In this document: positions 39,370-52,625 of the stretch, in pieces
Position numbering within the stretch: position 1 is the stretch's first letter
How the letters are laid out: each line of letters opens with the position of its first letter
From: Paramecium tetraurelia
Lineage: Eukaryota
Length of the DNA: 64,000 nucleotides
Direction of reading: 5' to 3'
Assembly: GCA_000165425.1 (NCBI GenBank)
Contig: CT868607.1
Span: forward strand, 248,001-312,000
Notes under the pieces: generated by a model
What the model saw: only the letters and a program-made list of their open reading frames with translations
Databases searched by the model: none
Told to the model about the DNA's origin: nothing
Position numbers and translations under genes: made by a program

Positions 39370-40450
39370 TATGCGGTAGTCATATCGTAATGCCAATTCG
39401 CAAGTATAATGTATTTAAAGTAGTTAATGAGAAGAATCAGTGTTTATAGGATCAATTTTTAGAGAAGAAGCAAAATTGTTCGAACTTGACTGAATTAGAA
39501 AAAGGAGTATTATCATTCATGATGATGAATTGCCATTATCAGAGATCTGGGAGAAAGACTGTTGATTGCAATTACGAGTTGAATGATTTACAATCTTGCA
39601 CAAGATAATTGGATTCAAACTATTGGTAATTTTTTATAATATAATTCAAGGAATATATTTACTTAATTTTATATTCTAATATAACATTTCTGTTAAATTC
39701 AAATACTGCGTTATTTATAAAGTAATGTAGAGTCCAAATTATCCTTAATTACAATAGAATAGCAATTCTTAAATACAAATTTGTAAGACTTTAACATTTA
39801 ATATAGGAAATAACAGTCATAAATATTTTCTGAAATCCTTGGCACTCAAAAGGAAATTTAAAACTAGACTTAGGTATTTCTGTAATATGTTGCTTCATAA
39901 TATTTGAATTTCAATAATTAAAGAGAGAATGAGGAATAGAACCAAAAGGTTATGATTGAGTACATCAATGAAATCAATTCATAAGTTCTCAAATATCATA
40001 ATGAGATAGAGCATTCTTTTTAAGAATTAAGTTCGATTTATCAAATAGCAAAATATTATATTGATTTGATATACGTTTAAGGAGTTAAGATGAGTAATAA
40101 TGTTATTTAAATAAAGATCAAATCTTTTTCTACATTGGAGATTTGCTTTTGATGTGGCTATTTACTTCCAATAAACAATTTATCGATTAAAGATTTAACA
40201 ACTTTTTGCTGATTTTAATTTGTTTTGCTTTGGAGAATTACTTCGAAAGTTCGAACTACATCAAATCGTTTTTGGTTGTGAATCAACTGTTGCTGATACT
40301 TTACGGTTTTATTTTTTATAAGGATTACGAATAATTGACCTATAATAAATTGATGTCAATATAAAAGAGGATCAATTACTTTGATTTATCAAATTTTAAA
40401 TAGAGAGCGAAACAAATCTTAATGAATACTGTATCAAAAAACAGAAATGA
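39370..40450 (+). pseudogene. Probable decayed remnant of a large membrane-protein gene
   Basis: Coding-like fragments in shifting frames with in-frame TGAs (VFIGSIFREEAKLFELD*, YINEINSQVLKYHNEIEHSF, LENYFESSNYIKSFLVVNQLLLILYGFIFYKDY). Confidence 0.35.
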
Positions 40451-40914
40451 GTGATTTAAATATATATATTATTTTATATTAATACCTAATATATAATTTT
40501 ATAAGTGTCCAAAAAATTAGTGAATTTATCTTTGCTTTATAATGAATTAAAAATGCTTTTTATCAAATAAGTTCATAGTCGATCCTTTTGTTGGAATACT
40601 TAATTTATTATAATTGTTTTATTAATTGGTGTCAGAAGTAGTGTTGAATCAACTAAAAAAGATTGTGATTCATAAATTTAAATTTATTTAATTGGTGGTG
40701 TATATTTGTGCTGGATTAATTTAAAGTCTGAATTTAAATTTATGATGTTAGCCAGTGAATATAGTATTTGCTGCTTATTGAATATAAAAATGATCAATAA
40801 TTCTTAATAAATTAGACTTTTATTAAAAATATGATCCCATAAAAATTATTATAAAAGTCAAGTTAGGAAAAAATCATTAGAGATAATTAAATTATAATTT
40901 GTCGAATTAGATAG

Positions 40915-42076
40915 ATGGGTAACTCATAATAATCACCTAAATACATAAATAAAAACAACCATCTAATAAGTATCTATCGTAATCTATATTTAGATATCTT
41001 GCCACAAAAACAACTAATTGAGGACACGCTTGACGAAAGCTCGATTTTTAATATTGCAGACATAAGGTCTCCGTACACGGAAGAACTTAATTCTACTGCG
41101 AGAGGGGATATCAGGAAGGTTTCTGACATGATAGAAATGGATCAAGGAAAAACAAGAAGTAAGATAATTCAAACTAAAAAAGGAATGAACGTCACTTTAT
41201 ATGAAAGTGAATTGCCTTCGACCTGTGAACTCTTGAATTACATCCCTTTGATCAAACGAGAGAAGACTAGAGAGTTATTGAACTCTTATGAATCTCCTTC
41301 TGGCCACAAGGCTTAAGCATTGGGCAGTTAACCTATTGTCCAATTTCTTAAGTGCAATGAAAGACTTACTTATCAGGGCCAATGGTTGAGATAACAGAGA
41401 GATGGATTTGGACTGTGTTTTTACTAAAATGGTTCAATCTACGTGGGCACTTGGGTCAATGATTTAAGGGATGGTCATGGAAGAATGATTTTGGATAATA
41501 ATGATAATTACACTGGATTTTGGAAATAAGGAAAGTATCATGGATTTGGAACTTTAATTAGTTCTGATAATTTTTATGAAGGCCATTGGGAAGATGGAGA
41601 AAAAGTATTTAAATATTTCTAACTTAGAATGGTTAAGGATTGGAGATCAAGGCAAATAAATCAAAATATGAAGGAACGTTTAAAAAAGGAAAGAAGCACG
41701 GATCTGGAACAATCAAATATATTGATAATTAAATATACAAAGGAGAATTCGTAGATGGACAATATGAAGGATAAGGAGAATACCATTGGAATGATGGCAG
41801 TCATTACATTGGAGAATGGAAATGTAACAAGATGCATGGAATTGGAGTGTTTACTAATAAAGCTAATGATGTTTATAAAGGTATGATATTTTGTATATTT
41901 TTATAGGATCATTTTCTGAAGATAAGAAGAACGGAATAGGGATGTTCAAGTGGAGTAACGGCACCATCTTAAAGGGAATCTGGGTTAATGGATCATTGGA
42001 TGGCTAGGCAACCATAACTAAGCCAACTGGAGAATCCATTATTTTGTATTATAAAAATGGTTAAAAGATTGCATGA
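40915..42076 (+). CDS. MORN-repeat protein with an N-terminal MG (possible myristoylation)
   Basis: MGNSQQS…; tandem YQGQWLRQQRDGFG, YVGTWVNDLRDGHG, YTGFWKQGKYHGFG, YEGTFKKGKKHGSG, YIGEWKCNKMHGIG; three tiny introns. Confidence 0.88.
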
Positions 42077-42136
42077 TTATACTGATTATAAGCAATTTTC
42101 CTAAATACAAAATGCCCCATATATAATATATATAAA

Positions 42137-43929
42137 TCATTAAGGGCCTTCATTTGGTTCAAAATCATATCCTCTGCTGTTTTCAAATCCTTAAATGCTG
42201 CTGGTTAAACTTTCCTCTTGCTTATGATATCTTCTGTACAAGATAATCATTGTAAAGATTACGGCAGTTAAAATCAAAATTAAGCAAATTATGATGACGA
42301 CTTAAAACTATGTATCATACAATTTCCCTTATGCTTGTATTGCTTTGACCTTGAAAGACTCCTAATAGAGACATTAGACAGTTTGAAAAGGGATAGTAGG
42401 ATTTTCTTCTAAATATTTGTCCTTGTCTGGACAGGCAGTAGAGTATAAATTGATATCATATTGATAGACTATTCCGATATCTTCATCAGAGCTAGGAGAA
42501 CAATACACATAGGGTGGTTGACTAATGTAGGGAATCTCTACAATAGTATGTTGAGTTAATCCTAAAATAAATGGATAGGATTGATTGAATGACCACTTGG
42601 ATGGATCATTACCTATGGCAAAGTTATCATTGTAAAACTCTACATCTTGTAATTTTGGAATGAACACATATTATTCGTGAAAAGAGTTTGCTTTCTCAGT
42701 ATATTAATCATCTTAGGAATAGAATACATAGTCAGGTTCGAACTCCTCATATATACCTACTCGTATAATTCTATGCTCATCCTTTCCTCTTAAAAGAACA
42801 AAGATTGGACCAATATCAATATCAAAATATTGGCCTGTCAGATGATGTGTTTTGAGGAAAAACCATTCTGAATTGGATAAGCCTACTTCAATCAATTATT
42901 GAAATACGCCCCTAATTTATAAATCTAAATGAATTACACTTATTTGAGCACCAGGAGAAATTCATCAGGGGATACTGCCAAACTCATTGCATTTTTTATT
43001 GGAACTAATCCAAATAAATTATCTCTGATCAATTCAATTTTCAGTTTATCAGTCTACACCAAAAACCTTGTTACTCCATTCAGTTAGTCTAATATATACG
43101 CATAGGTTTAATTAGAAGTAGAGAAGACTATATCAGTTAAATGAATGGGAACAACTTTAAAGAATAAATTTGATGAGGAAAGAGTATTATCGTAATTGAT
43201 TTAACCAGATGCTTGGAATCTGTATATATGTAAACCGTCTGAACCAGCAGGTATAAATAGGAAGTTGTGATATACTTTGATTTAATTGATGTAGCAGTTT
43301 TGAGTTTAAAATCCTGAAAATTGGATGACTGCCAATTCAATATTATTTTCAGCTTTACCTCCTATAATTTGGTCTGAATAAATGATATAAATGTATTCAT
43401 TAAAAGGCACATAAATAATCTAAGGTATTTCTAATTCAGTAGCATGTTTTCTTAATTCCTTAAAATCAACAGTGGAAAGTAATTGAGTGGAGAAACCTGT
43501 CTTGCTACTATAATTTTGAATGACCTTGTAATTAAGTAAATTATGGTCACTAGTTACAATAGCTAACCCCTGTTTAGTGTGAACCATGTTAGTCATAATT
43601 GGAGAGCTTAAATAGTATGATGGATCATTGGCATGTTCTTCGTCAGGATTTATGGTAGAATTGTAGATAACTTTATGGTGACTTTCATAATCTCCAAAGT
43701 GGATGGTACTTTATTTAGAAAAGCATATGTCCTTTGGAGATGTAGTATTTTTTTTCAATTCTATATTTATAGCATATTCAGCATTTTCGAAGTTTTTGAG
43801 TTTATACTCCGATCCCTAAATAACCTCAATAGTTCCTCCATACGAATCCTTGATGGGGAGTGTCTTAGTTGTGAGATTGAGTACTTCTGCTGTTAAAAAA
43901 CAATTAAAAAATGATAATAGTAAAATCAT
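42137..43929 (-). CDS. Type I transmembrane protein with a large luminal/extracellular domain
   Basis: Signal peptide MILLLSFFNCFLTA; C-terminal TM VVIIICLILILTAVIFTMIILYRRY; short cytoplasmic tail. Confidence 0.75.
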
Positions 43930-43971
43930 AAAATAATTAATCCAAATAACTATGAAATTTCAAACATAAGT

Positions 43972-45784
43972 TCATTGCAATCCCATGTTATTAGGCACAT
44001 ATGTAACACCTCCAAAGTCTTACTTGAACTTTTCTATCAATTTCGGATCCATATTAACTACTGAATTCATGGCCTCTACAATTCAGAATTATTTAAATAC
44101 CTTCTCGGGTGAATTCTTAATCGAAGTTTTGAACATCTAATTTATCATACAATTTTGGAACTATAGGAGCTTAAAGTTTTTTATCAATCAAATCCTAAAA
44201 TGGATATTCTCTGAACCAAGGATGCTCTTTGATTTATTAAGCATCTCCATTATGTCCCAATCTTTCAAAAGGATTTTTTGTTAATAGCTACTTAATGTAT
44301 GCAACATACTTTAGTTATGAGATCCTTGACTGAATTGCTAATAGTCAATTGAGATGGAAACACAACATCAGATTCAACAATGGATTTAAATAATTAAGAT
44401 TAGTTTTACGAGAAGAATGGAGGCCTGCCCACTAGCATTTCATAAATTAAGATTCCAAATGACCACCAATCTACACCAAGACTATGTCCATTTTGTCTAA
44501 TGATTTCTGGAGCCAAATATTCAGGAGTTCCTACAAAAGAATATGAAAAATCTCCTGGTTTCAAAAATTTAGCCAGTCCATAATCAGTCATTTTTATATA
44601 ACCAAATTCATCCATCAAAATGTTTTCAGGTTTCAAATCTCTATAAACTACTTACATTTTATGTAAGTATTCCAATGCTAATAAGATAGATGCAGCATAA
44701 AATTAGGTTGTTTGTTCTGGAAATCTTCTTTTATCTCTCAAGTGTTTGAACAATTCTCCTCCTCTCATGAATCTCATTACAAAAAATAACTTTTCTTAAG
44801 TTTAGAATGCATATTCAAGGGAAATTAAGAATGGGTTATCAATTTCTTCCAATAATTTTCTTTCTGCTCTTGTATGCTCTACTTAATTCTTGTCCATGAT
44901 GTGTTCCTTACGTAATGATTTAATGGCAAACAATTCTTTAGAATCCTTCTTCTCACACATCATAACCTAGATGAAAACAGGGTACAAATATAAATACTTT
45001 TCCGAATGCTCCTCTTCCCAATACTTTGATCAAATCAAAATCTTCAATCGTAATCATACTACTGCTGATTTACTTCTAAAGCCCAGGCCGTTTATATATC
45101 AGTTACTCTTATGGCTTCCTATTACAGTGTTCTCTCAACTCCTAAACATCCAATTCCTAATTCATTATATTTTAGGATTTACAATAGGTTGTTCTGTGGG
45201 AAATCTTTTAATTCCTTTTTTTACATCATTTTCAGTTGTGCATACAGATACCAAGGTAAAATCATCCTTAAAGAAGAATGGCAATTTTCTATGATTGTAC
45301 ACTTGATAGCATTAACACAAGGTTTCTAATATTTATTTACGACTAATTTTTTATAGAGTTATTACTAATCAGCCGATTAAAAGCGATAGTCATATTCACT
45401 TGGAACATGAATGACAAACTCCGCCCCTAGACTTGTAACACTTATTGCTTAAATTGAAGATAATTTAATTTTTCTTTTGATCTGATTTGACATAATTTTC
45501 CCTATTTGTTGATAGAAAGAATGAAAATACCAAATATTTACATAATCTTACTATCAGACTTCGGAACAATATTGTATACATATTTATTGGTTATTAAGAA
45601 TGTTCTTTCTTGTTTCTTTTAGTTCTGATTTACTTTTATAATCAACGTAGACAACATTATTTTTTCTATTAAATTGTATTATTCCAAACATACCTCCATT
45701 CTCAAATTACTCCAAGATCTCTTTATTATTAATGATTTAAGCTTTATCAGAAATTCCACTTACACTCAAAGATGATGAATTCAT
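43972..45784 (-). CDS. AGC-family Ser/Thr kinase (SGK/Akt/S6K-like) with an N-terminal myosin-TH1-like PH domain
   Basis: [45 protein letters not shown] tail DFGGVTY; N-terminal [25 protein letters not shown]…[14 protein letters not shown]. Confidence 0.9.
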
Positions 45785-46273
45785 TATAAATTATTATATA
45801 TTATTTTTATTAGTGATGTCTTTCATATCATCACTTATTAAAATGCAAACTTCAAATAAATGTCTCTATAGATTGATTCTGTTCTTGTAATTCAACTGTA
45901 TACCCTTCCTCTTACACATTCTTATCGTTCAATCTAACATTTGAAATGCTTAGACTTTCTTCCCCTTAAACATCAACATTCTAGATCCAATGTAATTAGG
46001 TTAATGACAGAATAAAAATTCTGATTTTTTGTATAACTGTATTGCCAAAAGCCCTTGTTCTCTAACATTCAATGGATAGCATACTTAATTCAGATTAGAG
46101 ATCAGCATTTTGATAAATCTATCATTTCTTAAAGTATATCGAGAGTATCCAAGTATTTATCTGTAGGTTTTGAATAAGAAATGATAATCATTTTTTTAAA
46201 GAATGTTAATTGTAACTGAGGAAGAAATCAAAATAAATGATATAATTGTTTATTTTACAATCAGTATTCAGAA

Positions 46274-46699
46274 TCAATTTTGGAGATCTGTCAAATTAAT
46301 GACAATTTCTTGTTGTTGGGTTTGAAGCTATTTTAATTCTATCAAGTCTTGCTTTATATTTGTATGTTGATTCTTTTTATGTCTTGATAAGCTTGAAGGG
46401 TGATTAAACTTTTTGGAACATTTGCCACATTAGAAATACTATTTACCATTACTAATAATCTAGTTTGTCTGCTTTTTTTTAGTTTTCTATTAGCTAAGAT
46501 TTTCTTGTTCCGACCATTTTGTTAAAGGATTATAATTTTCCTCTTCTTTTATAAATCCATTAAATTATTGATTTAATAATATTTGAGTTTTTAATTATTC
46601 TATGCGTTCATCAATACTCTCAATATTCAAAGAAGACAAATCAACCAGTCTCAAAAATTCCTTCAAAAATATTGCTGATGCTAATTAAAATTATTTCAT
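46274..46699 (-). CDS. Small single C2H2 zinc-finger protein (141 aa)
   Basis: YFQCGKCSKKFNHPSSLSRHKKNQH in an uninterrupted frame. Confidence 0.75.
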
Positions 46700-47250
46700 T
46701 TATTATTATTTTGAATTTTCAAACGAATCTATAATGAGCAAATTAAAACAATCCCAAATATTTATATTTATTAAAATGGAAGCCAATAATAATATTATGT
46801 AAGAATTAAGCATTTATTTTGTTATTTCTTAGATCTATTCTATGAACTTATCATTTCAGTAAATAAAATATACGAATAAATGCTTAATAATTAATTAATT
46901 AATTGACTAATTCTAATATTAATCGCCCTATTTTTACTGATTTAATTCAGCATTCATCATATCTGTATTTTTAAGACCCTTAGATCCCTATGGAATTATT
47001 TGAGCTTAGGACAAATCATTGATATTTTCACTCAAATTGTTGCTTTTTTTTGAAACGAAGCCAAATTTTTAATGATAAGATTTGATTGCTAACAAAAATG
47101 AGAGATCAAACATTCAATTGCTATTGATATGATCGTATTGGCAATGCCAGGCTATATTAATGAAAATACGACGGCTACTTTTTTATTAATTTATAATTAC
47201 CTTTAAATTAGTCTAAATATTACGAATTTTTATTGAATAATAATTAAGTT

Positions 47251-49148
47251 ATGAATTCCCTAACTCTTAATTTCAAAGTATCAAATTTAGAGAAAGATTT
47301 TAGAGATTCTAAACAATGCTTTTTCAGAAAGATATTGGAACATTAAAAATGGATTTTTGGGATGATTAATATTATATCAATAGTGAGCAGTCTTGTTTCA
47401 AAGGATTGGGTGGTGGGATCGATTAACATATGCACATTAATTATAATTATGATATCAATCAAATATAAGCAAAAATATCCCCTCATTTTTGAGGTTTTGA
47501 TAATAATATTTCTGCTTATATACAATACATACCTTGCAATGGAGAAATATTTAAATTAGATAGAAACACATTATATGGAGGGCTTCTTCGTTTCTCTATC
47601 GTCTGTAAGGTAATATAAAACTCATAAATTAATAGTGCACTAGCTTTGTTAAGCTTTTTAGAGAGAACTGCAATGACTATTGTGATTGTAGCTTTACATT
47701 TAATATTTGGTATCGATCATAATACAACCTTTGTGGGGTTGTATTTTAAATACTTAATGTATGCCTTATTTTTCTTGCAATTTACCTATCATTTGGAAAA
47801 ATTTATGAGACTATAATTCATCGAATACAAAAAGTTATAGCAAAAACTTTATAAGATTACAAAATTTAATGACATTGTAAGCTATTCAATTAAGTACGAT
47901 GAAAGAAAATCTTTAATTTTGATCCAAAAGAATAATTAAACAAATATCAAAAAAGAAGATCAAGAAGATTTCAACAAGCTGGCATCATCTATGTATTTAT
48001 CAATGAAAAGTTTTAAGAGTAGAATCACTGAAGTCATAAATATGGATTAAGCTTTCTCTCCAAATAGACAAACCTTAAAGTAACTCCTATTGAATTTGAT
48101 TGTGGAAAATTAAAATGATAATCCTGATACTCCTTTAAAAAATAAAAATGAATTTGTTTTATATGGATTCTATAAGTAATAGGTTTTCACTCTCTGTGTC
48201 TACTTATGTCAAGATATTCAACCATCAATAGTAATCCTAATGAAAGAGAGTAAATGTGAAACTCAAGAGGAGGAACTTAAGTTGAGAATGAGAAATAACC
48301 AAAAGTAATTTAATTACTTATCTAAAATTTTTGATCAATAAATCAAAAAGTCTCTAATCTATTTCAAATGGATTTAAAATTATGCCGACAAACAAACTGA
48401 CATCAAAGTCATAAATTCACTTCTAAGAACTATCAATCATAGTTTAATTAAGGGCTATACTGATTTTCTTAATCTAGAAAACTTCAATTAAATTTATACC
48501 ATCCAACCAAAACTGAAGTAATTCGACATTTAATTACTATTAAAGGACATAATTACTGTCTGTAATGGATATTATCATGCATAAAGGGATTCGATGGCAA
48601 ATTTATTTTTTTTTGAAATTAAGAACAATTTAAGCAATAATCTAATTTTATCAGATTACAAATATGTGAAACTATTATTTTTGAATCTACTCTTTTACAC
48701 ATCCTAGGCTTCTTAAACTATCATCATAGAATTAGATGAAGTTTAATCAAAATTACTTTAACAGCAAATTATAAAAATTAAAATAATATATCAACATCCA
48801 AATAAATCAAAATAATAATTATAAAATCTCCCCATACTAAATCCATAATCATTGACAGACTTAAAACATAATAGTTAAGTTCCTCTGGAATTAGATTTAG
48901 CAGTCTCATTAATGCTTATAAGAAGATTAGGACCATTTGATAAACTCAAGGTAATTCAGTAAAAGAGAAGATCAAATTACTTAGAATTTTATTTGTTTAA
49001 ATAACTTACAGAGGACTTTTTACTAATGCCTATCATTTCATTAAAACCAGTTGATAAAATTATAACATAACAAGATTCATTAATAATGAACTCTTTCTCT
49101 ACTGAATTACGTTTGGACTCCATTTAAAATAGTGTTTAATTTTTATGA
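47251..49148 (+). CDS. 6TM pseudo-histidine-kinase, copy A (623 aa)
   Basis: MNSLTLNF…LEKDF; 6 TMs; intron 47610-47635; H-box-like IFDQQIKKSLIY; N-box SDYKYVKLLFLNLLFY; PILNP…LKHN; PLELDLAVSLMLIRRLGPFDK. Confidence 0.75.
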
Positions 49149-50185
49149 TTTTTAGTTAAATTTATTTATAAATAATAGTTTGAAATGCAACATATTAGAA
49201 GTTTAATTCTTGTATTAGATTATCACCTTATATTGTCTTCCAATTAGATATCAGAATGAGAACTTCATCCGTAGTTAGATAAATATAGGTTTAATTAAGA
49301 ATGTGAGATGAATCCCTTAAAACAAAATTACTTTGATAATCCTTGTATAATAGAAGTCAAGTTTCTTATTTGCATAGCGAGTAAGAAAAAACAAAGGAAA
49401 TATAATCAATTACAAAAATACTAATCTAAAAAAAGGCAATCCTATATAAAGAATGACAAAAGCACCAAAGTGAATGCACTAAATAGACAAAAAATAAAAC
49501 TTAATTTCGCTTTAAGTATTCTACAATCAAATAAATTCTTAAATGCGTGATTGAACAATTTTCTTAATCGTTTTCATTAATCCTTCATGATAGTTAGTTA
49601 TATATAACTTTTGAGTTGTAAAATATCTAAACAGAACCGATAATAGTTTATTTTAATATTATTTTTATTTTTGAAATCAGTCTTTTTAAAATCAATATCT
49701 TAGCCCTGAGATAATTTCAATTTTATAAATTCTAATTATTTATTTGTAAGTTCAGCTGTTCCTGCATTTGATATCTCTATTTTAATGTCCTATTATTTCA
49801 AATTTATGAAAAGCTAAAACATTAATAATTTTCTCCTAAACTACAACACAACTGCATTTCAATCATGTTTATTTGAAAGTATGTCATTTACTAGTTAATT
49901 TTGCATTTGTATTTAGTTTTTCCTCATCATTTTATTTTGTTTTGTATTTACGTTTCCATAATTCAAAATTTTTATTCATATGAACTTAATTAGACAATTA
50001 TGTTTTTAATAATTTGTAGGGTTAAGAATCGCTAAATGTGTTCAAGTATCAGAACATTGAATACTAATTCAGCAGATTGATTTTGGTGTGAGTATATGAT
50101 TAAAGTATATTAAAAATGAGAGATATTATAACAATTCATAAATGAATTGAATAATTTATTTATTGAGTCCTAAAATATTTCACAC

Positions 50186-51999
50186 ATGAGTGAAGACTGG
50201 AAGAAAAAAAAAATAGATAATTTTGTCATTTTAAATAAAATCTTAGGCAAAGGCACTTATGGAACAGTCTATCTGGGGTATATGGACACTGGGTAGAATC
50301 AAGTTAGAATTGCTGTCAAAACTGTCCCTATGGATGTAATAACATTAATTATGGCTAGTCAGTAAAACAATCTCCACAAATATTGAATCTGATAAAAAGG
50401 GAATCAACCATTTTGAAAGCTGTTGAGCATCCTAATATAGTTCGTCTTTATAATGCCAATCGAACATTAAATTATATTTATATCTTTTTGGAGTTCTGTC
50501 CGGATGGAGATTTGAGAAAGTTTATGCAGAGCAAGAAGGAAAAGCACTTATCTGAAGTTAATATGATTATAATTCCTTATAGTTGGAAGCCATTATTTTC
50601 TTAAAGCATATTGTTGAAGGATTTAAAGAATTGTTTCAAAAGAAGATTATACATCGAGATATCAAGCCAGAAAACATACTACTCTCAAATGGAATTGCTA
50701 AAATTGCAGATTTTGGCTTTGCTAGAGTGATGGAAGTTGAAATGGATGGTAAATTATAATTTTAAATTTCTTATTAAGAACCTGGAAAGTTTTCCAGAAA
50801 CGGAACTCCAATCTATATGTCGCCTTAAATATTAAGAGGATAGCCATTCTCAGCTAAATGTGATGTTTGGTCATTGGGGATTGTCTTCTATGAGATGTTA
50901 TATGGAAAAACACCTTGGCAAGCTGAAAGTTAGATTTAGTTAGAATAATTGATTTTAAATAAACCACTAAAATTTCCTACTAAACCTGTTAGAAGTTAAA
51001 AGGTAAAAGAATTAGTTGCAATGATGCTTTAAGTAGAAGAGAAAGTAATTAAATTATTAACGACAATTAGGATAGATTGAATTGGTAATAGATATTTGAA
51101 AACCAAGTTATTAAGATGAATGAAGACATGGTCAGATAAAACATGAATGAAATTATGAAAGAAGATCCAATGACCAAATCAATGAGTTTAAATAAAATTT
51201 ATTTGGATCAATACAAAGTTGTTGGATATTTACATACTAAAATTGAAGATTATAGAGATGATAGCAAAAATGATTTGGATGGACTCAAGCAAATGTTTGA
51301 CGAAGAAAATGTAATCTTATCTATTTACATATCTTAGCCTGATCTAATATTGTCGTAATATTAAAAAGAAATGAAAAGGAGAGAATCTTTCTAGAAATTT
51401 TACACTTATTATCTTTATGAAAGGAATGTAGCATTTTTTATCAATTATACTTAATTGAGAATAATTAAGCTTCAGACCTTTGGGGATATTACACTTGTTA
51501 AAGAATAATTTCTGCAATTGATATTTATGTTGGCTAGAAATCAGTTATTACATTTAGATAAAATCAATTCTGCTTTGAATTCAAATAAACACGACTAATT
51601 TGATCAGGAATTGTGGGGAAGATTCATAGTTAGTAAGGTAAATTTTCATATGATTTTCAGGATTGCTCAAGATTGCTTACAACAATTAAGAATGACATAT
51701 TAATTATTAAAGATGTCTTTGTTTAAGTAAGGGAAAAATGTCCATAGTTCCACCAATTCTTTGATAAAATCGAAAATGTTAAGGATTTTTTAGGATAATA
51801 TAAACAGATCATATCTAAAGCCATTGAAACTCTAAAGATTGCTTCTACTTCTTTAGGAAAGGATGTCTATTCTGGTATATATTACTTGAAAATTTGCTTG
51901 AATCCATATGATTTTTTCAAATAAGTTGATTTTGATTTCAATGCATTTTATGAAGAAACAGAAAATGCCTCTTTAGAAGAATTATTAAATCTTATTTGA
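50186..51999 (+). CDS. Ser/Thr kinase of the ciliate-expanded ULK/Atg1-like group
   Basis: [55 protein letters not shown]; several tiny introns. Confidence 0.88.
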
Positions 52000-52169
52000 A
52001 GATCATTGATTCTATTTAATATTTATGATATATAAAAATAGCAACAAATTTTAGTTATTAAAATGATATTGTATATTAAGGTATTGAAGATTATATTAAT
52101 GAATTGTTATTCAAATATTTAAAAAAATCATGTTTTATTGTTTGCTTAGATTAAATAAAATTATACAAC

Positions 52170-52594
52170 TCATTAGTTTAATCTGGTTTGAAGCAATTAT
52201 TAAATTACATGATCAAAATTAGAAGAAGAAATCGATGATCCCAATTAGTAAAGTGGATTCATCAATACTTTAATTAATTACTCATGTGCCAATTAACAAA
52301 ACCCTTTAACTTTTTCTTCTTCTTAATCTGTCAAAATCAAAAACCTAATATTTGATGGTGTCACATATCCAAATATTCTATAATCCTGTTTTTATTCTAT
52401 TTCCTTGAGAAATCTTATTATAAAATCTATTTATACAATTCTTTTGATGATTTGTATTTCTCTTCAAACACATCTAAAGAAGCATGTAATATAAATTGAG
52501 CATTTAAAAGTTGTTAGCTTCCTAAAGTGGTTTTTTTTAAAGGAAACCTTCTTTCATAGAGTGGATGATCATCCTAAGATAAAATCAGAAACAT
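52170..52594 (-). CDS. TRAPPC2: TRAPP complex subunit 2 (sedlin/Trs20 family)
   Basis: ILSQDDHPLYE…QFILHASLDVFEE…FLKEIE…GYVTPSNIRFLIL…IKVLMNPLYQLGSSISSSNFD; 23-nt intron; could instead be TRAPPC2L. Confidence 0.82.
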
Positions 52595-52625
52595 TATTTT
52601 AAAATTAATTAATATAATTATTATA

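Noticed and set aside
45800..46260. Possible small gene between the AGC kinase and the C2H2 gene
   Set aside because: The frames I tried on both strands hit TGA or lack a start, and I could not build a consistent intron model.
49185..49550. Short coding-like stretch downstream of pseudo-HK copy A
   Set aside because: The 5' part is interrupted by TGA in all plus frames and has no recognisable motif; it may be debris.
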